A stretch of 64,000 nt of DNA from NCBI GenBank assembly GCA_964441335.1, contig CAYTUI010000001.1:961-64960 (forward strand), in the 5' to 3' direction. The number at the start of each line of letters is the position of its first letter. The first letter of the stretch is position 1. Under the pieces are notes generated by a model that saw only the letters and a list, made by a program, of their open reading frames with translations, did no database searches and had not been told where the DNA came from. Below, piece by piece: positions 55,557 to 64,000 of the stretch. Source of the DNA: an uncultured Gammaproteobacteria bacterium (GTDB lineage Bacteria > Patescibacteriota > Patescibacteriia > UBA1558 > 2-01-FULL-52-15). The position numbers and the translations under genes were made by a program.

Positions 55557-56608
55557 TTCAATTCAATAATATTCCCCGGTTTTTTTTCAATCCAATTATT
55601 CAATTCCAGCTGCGAAATTGTTGAACGAACTGTGGAATTGTCTGTTGAAAGTTTTCTTAATAGTTCATTAATTTCTTGCGAACCATTTTTTAATATTTCG
55701 ATAATTTGTTTTTCTAGCGGATTGGCAGATTGATATTTGTCGGTTTGTTTCGGCGAAATTACCGGCAAACCCATTATTTCCAAAATGTCCCGGCCGGAGG
55801 TTATTAAATGAGCGCCTTGCTGTAACAGATAATTACTGCCTTCAGATAACGGCTGATTAATATTGCCCGGTATAGCCATGACCTCACGGTTAATATCAGC
55901 CGCCAGACGAGCAGTGATCAGGGCGCCGGATTTAACCGCCGCCGAAACTATCAGCACCGATTTAACTAAACTGGCGATTGTTTGATTACGTCTGGGGAAG
56001 TTAATGCGATCAACCGGACTGTTTTTTGAAAATGGCGAAATAATTAAACCGTTGGCCTTTAATATATTTTTGGCTAGTCCTAAATTTGATTGCGGATAGA
56101 TTTCCTGATCGGAAATAGGTGTGCCAAGGACCGCAATTGTCGGTAAATTATGTTCCAGAGCTAATTGATGCGCTAGGGCGTCTATGCCGTAAGCCAGACC
56201 GCTGACAATCGTTAAACCACTGTTGTTTAAATCTTGGAAAATTTTTTTTAAAGCCGGCGCATTATAGTTATCCAATCGCCGGCTACCAATAATAGCTAAA
56301 CAAGTGGTTGTTAATAAATTTAGATTACCCCGATAGTAGAGTAACGGCTCGGGATAGCCGTCTTTAAGGATCTCCGGATAATCATCATCAACCATGGTGA
56401 TGAATTGAGGATTGTTCAGCCGATGCTCTTGCCATTGGGCCAGAGACCCATTAAGACCGCCCCTTTTTTCCTGCTCCCAGGCAAATTTAAAAGAACCATA
56501 ATGGTCCCTGATTTTCATTAAGCTGGCCGGTCCGATCCCTTTGGTATTTAGCCAAGCAAAAAAATAAATTTTTTCTTCTTCAGTTGTCATAAAATCGCTT
56601 TTCCGCAT
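55553..56608 (-). CDS. dprA: DNA-processing protein A
   Basis: AIIGSR, IVSGLAYGID, FPRRN, SGALITA, C-terminal wHTH. Confidence 0.95.
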   Translation of the reverse strand: MRKSDFMTTEEEKIYFFAWLNTKGIGPASLMKIRDHYGSFKFAWEQEKRGGLNGSLAQWQEHRLNNPQFITMVDDDYPEILKDGYPEPLLYYRGNLNLLTTTCLAIIGSRRLDNYNAPALKKIFQDLNNSGLTIVSGLAYGIDALAHQLALEHNLPTIAVLGTPISDQEIYPQSNLGLAKNILKANGLIISPFSKNSPVDRINFPRRNQTIASLVKSVLIVSAAVKSGALITARLAADINREVMAIPGNINQPLSEGSNYLLQQGAHLITSGRDILEIMGLPVISPKQTDKYQSANPLEKQIIEILKNGSQEINELLRKLSTDNSTVRSTISQLELNNWIEKKPGNIIELK

Positions 56609-56725
56609 TAGTTGTCCCCAAAAACTCTGGAGCCCTAGACTAATATTGACATTTTAAATCATTGGCGATAAATTTCAAGTGCAGTTCATCGAAAACCCCG
56701 TGTTTTCTTGCGAAAGGAGAAAACC

Positions 56726-56983
56726 GTGTCAATCAGCGTGAATACGGAGCAGCCAAGCAAAGGCCCGCCGCCGATAGCTCGAATGTCCAACAGACAGTTG
56801 GCAACCGAGCTGGCAACCTTTGGCAATCAGAGCGACATGGCGCTGTTGAAGCCTCAAGATTTTCTTACCTTCAATGGTCGTCAGGTGCCGCGACAAGATC
56901 TGTTGGACGAAGTCCAGTATGTTCGGACCAACGGCAGATCGCTGTGGGTCAAGGAGGTTCTGGAGAGAAAGAGTCGGACGTAG
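56726..56983 (+). CDS. Small hypothetical protein
   Basis: AAGGAG SD then GTG; TTGACA upstream; hairpin downstream. Confidence 0.5.
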   Translation: MSISVNTEQPSKGPPPIARMSNRQLATELATFGNQSDMALLKPQDFLTFNGRQVPRQDLLDEVQYVRTNGRSLWVKEVLERKSRT

Positions 56984-57059
56984 GCTCTAGATAGGGGGAG
57001 CGGTGTGGTCAATACGAGAGCTGCGATAAAGCCTGTTTTCCATCATGGACGGACAGGCT

Positions 57060-60008
57060 TTACCTTTGTAGCGAAATAACAGAATCTTTTAGATATTTAT
57101 GCCAGTTCTGCAGACTGGATTTTTTTATTTTCAATTTATCCTTAGTCCAGATCCAGTCAGGAAATTTTTGTAGTAGCGTTTTGAGATAATCAACAGACGG
57201 TTCGTTGGTAAAAAATATTTCCAGCCAGTAATCAGCAACTGGCGATTGACCTCGGGCAGAAATTTTTTCAATTAAACTATCCTGCGCTAAAATTCGCAGT
57301 CCTTGAATATAGCGGATGTTATCAAAAACCTGACCGTCATAGTTTTTAAAAAAAGCCTGAAGCTCATGAGTGGTTCTGATAGCCGCCAGTTGTTGCCAGA
57401 AAAATATTTTGGCCTGGACATGCGGAAATAAATTATCGGGTAAAGCCGTGTCTAACGGCAACTCAATTTCCACCTGACGCCAGATTTTTGTTTCCATTCC
57501 TCTTAGCTCGTTCACTGATTGTTCAATCAATTCCTGATACAATTGCAGACCAATCGCCTTTACTCGGCCATGCTGATTTTTACCCAGAATATTTCCTACA
57601 CCCCTTAACTCCATATCACGGTTGGCAATTCTAAAGCCACTGCCCAAAGCTGTCTCTCTTTTGATGGTTTTTAATCTTTCCAGAGCATCGCCTTGAAGTT
57701 TTTGCTGATTGTAAAGAAAATAAGCATAGGCCTGGCGATCACTACGGCCGACTCGTCCTCGTAACTGGTGTAATTGCGCTAAACCAAAATTAACCGTGTC
57801 AGTTACAATGATAGTATTGACGTTGGCCAAATCCAGACCGTTAGTAATAATAGTAGAGCAGATTAAAATATCTATCTTTCCTTCGTCAAAATTATGCATG
57901 GTCCTGGCCAGCTGTTTATCGTCCATTTGCCCATGAGCAATGGCTAGCTTGGCTTTGGGGAATAGTTTGGTTAAAGTTTGTTTGGCAAAATCAATAGTCT
58001 CTACTTTATTATGTAGATAATAGACTTGGCCGTGGCGTTTAAGCTCATTGCTGATAACTTTTTTTATCAGCTCTTCGTTCCAAGGTAAAACTTCGGTTTT
58101 AATATCTTGGCGTCCTTTGGGCGGCTCTGTCAGCAAACTGATATTGCGGATGTTGGATAGTGATAAGTGTAAAGTCCGAGGGATAGGAGTGGCTGATAAA
58201 CTTAAGACATGAATTTGATCGGCCAGCTCTTTAAGTTTTTCTTTATCTTTAACGCCAAAATTTTGCTCCTCATCAATAATCAGTAATCTTAGATTGGAAA
58301 ATTTAATGTCTCGGGATAATAAGCGGTGCGTACCGACAACGATATCGGCTTTAGCTTGGCTGATTTTTTTTACAATGTCGTGTTGTTGTGTTTTTGTCTG
58401 CCAGCGGGATAAAAGTTCAATATCAGCGCCGTATTTGCTTAATCGTTTATTAAAGGTGTCAAAATGTTGTTGCGCCAAAATAGTTGTCGGACAGATTAAA
58501 GCAACTTGTCCGCCATTCAGAACAGTCCGCCAGCTGGCTCGCAGAGCAATCTCTGTTTTACCAAAGCCAACATCGCCGCAAATCAGTCTTTCTGTCGGGT
58601 AATCCTTCGCCAAGTCGTTCAAGGTATCAGACAGTGCGGTTAACTGCGAAGGAGTTTCTTCAAAAGGGAAATCATCAGCTACTAGGCGTTCATCTTTTTG
58701 TTGACTTAGGGGTCTAATGTGTCGCAGTTTTCTTTGCGCTTCATGACGCAAGATTTTTAAGGCCAAAGCCCAAGTTTCCTCTTTGATTTTTTTAATACTG
58801 TTGATCCAAGAGCTGTCATTAGATAAACGTGAAATTTTGGGCTGACTGGGCCCGACATATTTGGAAATTTTGTCAGCCTGATCGGTCGGCAGGTAGATTT
58901 TATCTTGGGCCGCGTATTCAATGGTTAAATATTCTCTGGTAATACCATCCACAGTCAGCGGTTCAATATTAATTAATTGACCAATACCATGGTCACGATG
59001 CACTACATAATCGCCTGGTTTAATTTCCGCCAGCCAGATATTAGACCGTTTAGTCAGTTTTTCAGCCGGTGGTAGCAGATGATTATCGTTTAAAACCAGA
59101 ATTTTATCTTGGGCCGATTGCCAGCCGGGAGGAGTCTGTAATAAATTATTCGACAGTTTCAGTAAGTTAATTTTTAGATGGTGTTCCTTAATAATTTTCA
59201 GCGCTTGTTGTGACTGACTGCTTAACCAATAAATAGAGTAATTAGATAATTGACGGAGCTGTTGCCAGTTCTGTGCGCCCTGTAAATAGGAAAAATCCGG
59301 CCAGGTTTCATTTTTGACAATGTCCGGTTCCTGATCAAGTTCGGAAATAATTAATTGCTGGGGTAAATTATTATCCTGATAGCCGATAGTTAATACCCGG
59401 TCGCTTAAATAATCCTCCAAATGGCCCTTGGGCATGGTAATGTTGAGTGGTGGTATTTGAACTATATTTATGGAAGCTATTTTAGTTTGATCATGGAGTG
59501 TTAACCAGTGAATACTTTCCAAATTATTACCGCTAAATTCCAGCCGCAAAATTTTTCCAAATAACCCAAGATCAATAATTCCACCGCGGGCAGCCACTTC
59601 ACCCTCTAGATTAACCTGAATGTTCGGCTCAAAACCAATATTTTGACATTGTGTAATTAGTTTGGAAAAATTATAGGTTGAGCCAACTTCCAGTGATAGG
59701 CTGTATTTTTTTGTTTGTTCAAGACTGGGAATTTTTAACTTCAGATTGTTGGTAGTCGTTAGGATGATTGCATTTTTATGATGGAGAAAAGCATCGGTGA
59801 CAGCTGGAGATAGGGGAGAATCGCTGACCCAAGTTAGAATTGGTTTAGAATATTTCCAAATGTTTAAACTGTCAGCTAGATTTTTTATTTGATGATCGTC
59901 TTCCAGTAAACACAAAAGCACCTCATACTTATTTAAGAGGGGGGTGTTCGCCAGCCAATAGCCCAGCGAATTATAGTTCCATATGCCGTTTACGATAATT
60001 TTTTTCAT
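57060..60008 (-). CDS. mfd: Transcription-repair coupling factor (divergent N-terminus)
   Basis: RGGIID, VVHRDHGIG (RID), CGDVGFGKTE, DEEQ, SATPIPRT, QLRGRVGR, DMELRG. Confidence 0.92.
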   Translation of the reverse strand: MKKIIVNGIWNYNSLGYWLANTPLLNKYEVLLCLLEDDHQIKNLADSLNIWKYSKPILTWVSDSPLSPAVTDAFLHHKNAIILTTTNNLKLKIPSLEQTKKYSLSLEVGSTYNFSKLITQCQNIGFEPNIQVNLEGEVAARGGIIDLGLFGKILRLEFSGNNLESIHWLTLHDQTKIASINIVQIPPLNITMPKGHLEDYLSDRVLTIGYQDNNLPQQLIISELDQEPDIVKNETWPDFSYLQGAQNWQQLRQLSNYSIYWLSSQSQQALKIIKEHHLKINLLKLSNNLLQTPPGWQSAQDKILVLNDNHLLPPAEKLTKRSNIWLAEIKPGDYVVHRDHGIGQLINIEPLTVDGITREYLTIEYAAQDKIYLPTDQADKISKYVGPSQPKISRLSNDSSWINSIKKIKEETWALALKILRHEAQRKLRHIRPLSQQKDERLVADDFPFEETPSQLTALSDTLNDLAKDYPTERLICGDVGFGKTEIALRASWRTVLNGGQVALICPTTILAQQHFDTFNKRLSKYGADIELLSRWQTKTQQHDIVKKISQAKADIVVGTHRLLSRDIKFSNLRLLIIDEEQNFGVKDKEKLKELADQIHVLSLSATPIPRTLHLSLSNIRNISLLTEPPKGRQDIKTEVLPWNEELIKKVISNELKRHGQVYYLHNKVETIDFAKQTLTKLFPKAKLAIAHGQMDDKQLARTMHNFDEGKIDILICSTIITNGLDLANVNTIIVTDTVNFGLAQLHQLRGRVGRSDRQAYAYFLYNQQKLQGDALERLKTIKRETALGSGFRIANRDMELRGVGNILGKNQHGRVKAIGLQLYQELIEQSVNELRGMETKIWRQVEIELPLDTALPDNLFPHVQAKIFFWQQLAAIRTTHELQAFFKNYDGQVFDNIRYIQGLRILAQDSLIEKISARGQSPVADYWLEIFFTNEPSVDYLKTLLQKFPDWIWTKDKLKIKKSSLQNWHKYLKDSVISLQR

Positions 60009-60052
60009 CGGCCCAGTCAGTTTAGCTGAAGACTGGTTTTTGGTCTAGCTGG

Positions 60053-60128
60053 GTCACGCCTCTCGCGAGAGGCGTGACTAATGTTTACGAGCGACGGGAT
60101 TGACCCAGCACCTCGCGAGGTGCTGGGT
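60053..60128. repeat. Two TCGCGA-centred palindromes (REP-like)
   Basis: GTCACGCCTCTCGCGAGAGGCGTGAC and ACCCAGCACCTCGCGAGGTGCTGGGT. Confidence 0.8.
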
Positions 60129-60164
60129 TGACACAAATCTCAATTTATGATAGCTTCGGCTGTT

Positions 60165-60308
60165 AACCTTTGGTTCTTATATCTACTCGCCAGGCAGTGA
60201 TGGAAATGACACCCCCTCCTTGTTGTTGAAATCATTGCGCTAAGGCCGCGGTCTTCATGGCTTTAGGTCTTGGCTTTTGCTGGTGGGTAGTTATAAGTGT
60301 CAGAGGTT
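60165..60308 (+). ncRNA. Candidate ~145-nt structured RNA
   Basis: Long closing stem (AACCTTTG/CAGAGGTT, CTTATA/TATAAG, CTACTCGCCAG/CTGGTGGGTAG) enclosing two hairpins; TTGACA at 60128. Confidence 0.4.
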
Positions 60309-60501
60309 TTTATTTTTGTTAATTTTTATTACTTCATTAATGACATTGAAGTTGGAAAATTAAGACGGAAAATTATTAAACTGAGAATAGATTATTTGTA
60401 ATTTTGGGTTGACTTTTTCCAAAAAAAGGAGTATAATTAATCAATAAGACTAAATTTTGTGGATAATTGAGAACACAAAATAATACTACGCGAGCGCACC
60501 C

Positions 60502-61170
60502 ATGGCGCCTAAAAGAAAAACTTTATCAGCACTAGTTATTATCTCGACACTGATGTTGATGGTTTTTTTTAATTTTCCATGGTTACGGACAGTCTGGGCG
60601 GTCAACACCACTACTTTATCCCAGACGATTAATGCGGGCACCTTAGCGGTTAGTATTGTTGATGGCGATGGTAACGCGGTAGGGTCTCCGGCAGTTGCTT
60701 TTGGAGCCTTGGCTTTTTCTTTTGATGCCGCCACTACAACAGCTACATTAGGCACAGCATCGGAAAAGATTCGTTTATCAAATCCCACTGCTACTGCCGC
60801 TTGGAGTGTGACTTTGGCCGGCAGTGCTCCGACCGCAGTCTGGACTGACGGAGGCAGTAATACTTTTGACTTTAATGATTCTGCTTGGTCGCAGGATGGA
60901 GCAGATGACGATACTAAAGGTGGCAGGTTAGCTGTAGATCCTTCTGCCGGTACCATCACTGGTGTTAACGGTTGTGCCACCACCAATACTTCCCTAGGGT
61001 CTTCATCGGCCTTTGTGGAAACATCCAATAATTCTATCACCTTATTTTCCTCCACCACAGCTGCTACTTATTGTCGTTTTGAGTTGATAGATGTGTCCTT
61101 GTCACAAGCTATACCGGCGGCTCAACCAGCGGCAGTTTATACCTTGGGCTTGACACTGACCGCTAGTTAA
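60502..61170 (+). CDS. Secreted beta-rich WxL-like protein
   Basis: Signal peptide; INAGTL, AWSVTL, IPAAQPAAVYTLGLTLT. Confidence 0.7.
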   Translation: MAPKRKTLSALVIISTLMLMVFFNFPWLRTVWAVNTTTLSQTINAGTLAVSIVDGDGNAVGSPAVAFGALAFSFDAATTTATLGTASEKIRLSNPTATAAWSVTLAGSAPTAVWTDGGSNTFDFNDSAWSQDGADDDTKGGRLAVDPSAGTITGVNGCATTNTSLGSSSAFVETSNNSITLFSSTTAATYCRFELIDVSLSQAIPAAQPAAVYTLGLTLTAS

Positions 61171-61275
61171 AATAATTTGATGAAGAGAGATATTTGACGC
61201 AGCAGTAATGCGGCGTTTTAATTTGTGGCAGAGCTGAATAGATGGTATAATTTATGAGTTAATAGCTATATTTAA

Positions 61276-62700
61276 ATGACAGAAAACTCAAGAAATTTTT
61301 TTATAAAACGGCACTGGATCATCTATTCGCTGATAATTATTTTTTCATTATTAATATCTAACGCCAGTATTGTTCGGGCTCTGGATTATGGCGGTATTGG
61401 TGGTAGGCCGGCGACTTCTGATCCGAATGTTCAAAACTCACAGAGCTGGTTTATTTATAATTTGGCGGCCAAAACTCAAAAGCAAGATGTTTTGATTGTG
61501 GTCAATTCCACCAATGAAGAACAGGAAATAATGGTTTATCCGGCCGACTCCACGCCCTCTTCTGACGGGGCGTTTGCTTTGAAACAAAAAACTGAAGCCA
61601 TGACCGATATCGGTAGCTGGATTAAATTATATCCGTCCGAAGCTGTCTTTGCAGATGAGGCGGTTTGGAAAGCGCTGTATCCTAAGGAAGCTGATTCTAA
61701 GTCTATTATTGATCGATGTTCGATTATACAGTTGGGCGCTGGTGATTTAGCCAAGTCATTGGAAGTGGTTGAGTCGCTCAAAGGAAAAAAAATATCTGCT
61801 GTGGAAATAGCTTACCTGACAGCTTTAGTTCCCTGGTGTCAGGGAGTCAGCGAATATACTTTTAAATTAGCGTCGAACACTCAAACAGAACTACCTTTTG
61901 TTATTAGTATTCCGGAGACAGCCGATGTGGGGGAGCATACCGGCGGTATTATGGTACAGAAAGTTGAAGCTCAACAGGTTCAGGGCACCGGCATCGCTTT
62001 AACTACCAGAGTGGGTGTCAGGGTTTATGAGACTGTTCCGGGTGAACAAATCTCCAAAATTACCTTGGGTAATTTTAATTATACCTATGATGTGGTCAAA
62101 AAATCTTATTCATTTTCTGTAGCTGTGAAGAATGAGGGCAATGTCGGTAAAGATGTTTTAATTACTTTGCATATTATTAATAAGTTGACAGGTCAGGAAG
62201 TTATATTAGACCAAGGCAAGAAGTCAACTTTTGAACGACCGTTGCAAGTTATGCGTAATGATCAGTTGATTTCTAATTTTGAATGGCAGGCGCCTGTCTT
62301 TGGCTATTATCAGGTGCGGGCGGAAGTATCTTACGATGATAATGGTCAGGCGATGACTTTAAATACCAGTGATTTAATAATCATTGTTGTACCTTGGCTG
62401 TATGTAGGAGCGATATTAGTTTTGATGGTTTTAGTCGTAGTTATTATTATATACAGAAAATCCCGATATCGTCAGAAGGTTAAGAAACATCAGTGGAAAC
62501 AGTATCGCATGAAAAAAGATGTTTCGCTGATGCAGTTGGCCCGCGTTTCCGGTGTTAACTGGAAGACCTTGGCTAAGGTCAATAAAATTAGGAAGCCATA
62601 TTTTGTCGAGGCTGGTCAAACTGTTAAACTGCCCGCGGTAGCTGTTAAACCAAAAGCGCGAAGGTCAGCGACTGGGGTTAAGAAAACGAAACGCCCATAG
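61276..62700 (+). CDS. DUF916/DUF3324-like surface protein with C-terminal TM and LysM-like tail
   Basis: SWFIYNL, YPAD, IPETADVGEHTGGI, RVGVRVY, KNEGNV, TM, LAKVNKIRKPY..AGQ.VKLP. Confidence 0.72.
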   Translation: MTENSRNFFIKRHWIIYSLIIIFSLLISNASIVRALDYGGIGGRPATSDPNVQNSQSWFIYNLAAKTQKQDVLIVVNSTNEEQEIMVYPADSTPSSDGAFALKQKTEAMTDIGSWIKLYPSEAVFADEAVWKALYPKEADSKSIIDRCSIIQLGAGDLAKSLEVVESLKGKKISAVEIAYLTALVPWCQGVSEYTFKLASNTQTELPFVISIPETADVGEHTGGIMVQKVEAQQVQGTGIALTTRVGVRVYETVPGEQISKITLGNFNYTYDVVKKSYSFSVAVKNEGNVGKDVLITLHIINKLTGQEVILDQGKKSTFERPLQVMRNDQLISNFEWQAPVFGYYQVRAEVSYDDNGQAMTLNTSDLIIIVVPWLYVGAILVLMVLVVVIIIYRKSRYRQKVKKHQWKQYRMKKDVSLMQLARVSGVNWKTLAKVNKIRKPYFVEAGQTVKLPAVAVKPKARRSATGVKKTKRP

Positions 62701-62722
62701 CTTAACTCATTTTTGTTTAACC

Positions 62723-64000
62723 ATGGAGGAGTGTTGGCAGAAAAAATTTTCATTCAAGTTAGTCAAAGTCACTGCTGTGGCTTTGATTGTTTTTATGATT
62801 TTAAGTCAGTGGGGGAGAGTTGTTTTTAATATTTCATATTACGAACTGAAGAAAGTTCAAGCGGTGGCGACTGATAATTTTATTGCTTTTTGGGCTGGAG
62901 GATCCGCACCAACTGACTGGACTATTATTTCCGATGATGTAGGAGAAGATTTTTATCAGAAATTTCCCCGCGGTGCCTCCACCTATAGCAGTACTGGCGG
63001 AGCCACCATTCATAGTGATCATACTATCACCCGTGTCTCAGTTGCCGCGCAGTCCGCCTCTCCACTCACAAAAACTGCTGGGGCTGTTAGTCAAGCGAGC
63101 AAAGCTCATACCCATGGCACAATTTCCAGCACTACAATGGGGTCAGGAACTTTACTGCCGGTTTACCGGGATATTGAGGTGATTAAGTATAACTTAACAG
63201 GAACTCCTACTGTGATTCCTTCGGGAGTCATACTGATGTTTGATGCCGCCCAATCAGCCCCGTGGTCTAGGTATACAGTGCAGGACGGAAACTTTATTTA
63301 TGGTGCCGCCGATGTCTCAGGAACAGGCGGTAGTGCCACCCATACCCATGGGAGTGTGGGTTATACTGTGGACGCATCTTCTGGCGCCAATACTTTAGCT
63401 TGTGTCACTTGCGCTGGTTCGGGTTCGTTTAATCCTCATACACATACTGTATCAGGTAAGACAACAGCATCAGGCGATCATACACCGCCTTACATGGATG
63501 TTCTGCTTTATCAGGCAACGACGGATACTACTTTGCCTGATGGCGCAATTGCTATGTGGGACGCGACTCCGGCAGATACTAACTGGACAGTCAATTCTGG
63601 CGCCTCGCAGACGTTTAACGGAAAATTTTTACGTGGTACTGCAAGCTATACAGGCACGCCGGGAGGAAATTCAGCACATAACCATAGTAATTTATCAAGC
63701 GCTACAAGCGGGTCAGTAGAAGGAGCTAATTATGCTGATCAGTCTACGTTTGGTGGCGCGACTTCAAATCACACACACACCGCTGTTGTTTCTTTTGGTA
63801 ACTCCAATAATTTACCGCCGTATATTGATGTGATTATGGCCAAATACACGGCGCCGCCGGCTGGTACGTTATCAGTCTCAATCGTTGATGCTGACGGCGT
63901 TGATGTCGGTAGTCCGTCTGTTACTATGGATGCGGGAGAATATTCTTTCGTTTACCAAACTGTCAGTGGCACGCTGGGAGCAGCTAGTCAAAAAATCAGA
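62723..64000 (+). CDS. Large secreted protein with three tail-collar-like repeats plus WxL-like domain (runs off the window)
   Basis: Open frame of 426 codons read by hand; IAFWAG..APTDW..KFPRGA, ILMFD..W..FIYGA, IAMWD..W..KFLRGT, HxH motifs, LPPY; end homologous to 60502. Confidence 0.8.
   Translation, partial: MEECWQKKFSFKLVKVTAVALIVFMILSQWGRVVFNISYYELKKVQAVATDNFIAFWAGGSAPTDWTIISDDVGEDFYQKFPRGASTYSSTGGATIHSDHTITRVSVAAQSASPLTKTAGAVSQASKAHTHGTISSTTMGSGTLLPVYRDIEVIKYNLTGTPTVIPSGVILMFDAAQSAPWSRYTVQDGNFIYGAADVSGTGGSATHTHGSVGYTVDASSGANTLACVTCAGSGSFNPHTHTVSGKTTASGDHTPPYMDVLLYQATTDTTLPDGAIAMWDATPADTNWTVNSGASQTFNGKFLRGTASYTGTPGGNSAHNHSNLSSATSGSVEGANYADQSTFGGATSNHTHTAVVSFGNSNNLPPYIDVIMAKYTAPPAGTLSVSIVDADGVDVGSPSVTMDAGEYSFVYQTVSGTLGAASQKIR

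Noticed and set aside
60486-61058. 190-aa minus-strand ORF
   Set aside because: Antisense to the signal-peptide-bearing plus-strand gene, which has a paralogous domain downstream
62973-63719. ORF-track calls 62973-63182 and 63402-63719
   Set aside because: Out-of-frame fragments within the long ORF starting at 62723

Overview
Bacterial chromosomal window. The small, leaderless-looking AT-rich core genes, the K/A-rich N-terminal extension on RpoD, the pilin and the copper cluster suggest Patescibacteria/CPR; this is an inference, not a classification. In order it contains: tRNA-Ser followed by a HEPN gene; a candidate ~280-nt structured RNA before dnaG-rpoD; two tRNA-Met genes, each followed by GTAG-type REP arrays, around a GIY-YIG gene; a phospholipid head-group operon using an archaeal-type CarS; a tRNA-Leu nested inside a decayed tRNA-Leu that is interrupted by palindromic mini-insertions; a BlaI/M56-linked copper island with two P1B ATPases; and an ~19 kb NAD island. 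The NAD island holds two NrtR regulators with four matching operators, pnuC, nadR, pncA, a nadD-nadK fusion, a Nudix gene, pncB, a radical SAM gene and nadE, plus an operator-preceded pseudokinase / vWA / divergent PurA-like / SAM-domain operon. After it come a second candidate structured RNA, a pilin with an in-frame inverted-repeat insertion, parAB, rel, topA, a RAYT transposase carrying its own REP, dprA, mfd, and a WxL-like surface cluster whose last gene has phage tail-collar repeats. The best candidates for an undescribed system are the NrtR-controlled pseudokinase-vWA-PurA-like-SAM operon tied to NAD salvage and the tRNA-targeting palindromic mini-elements. All family calls come from motif recognition by eye; no searches were run.
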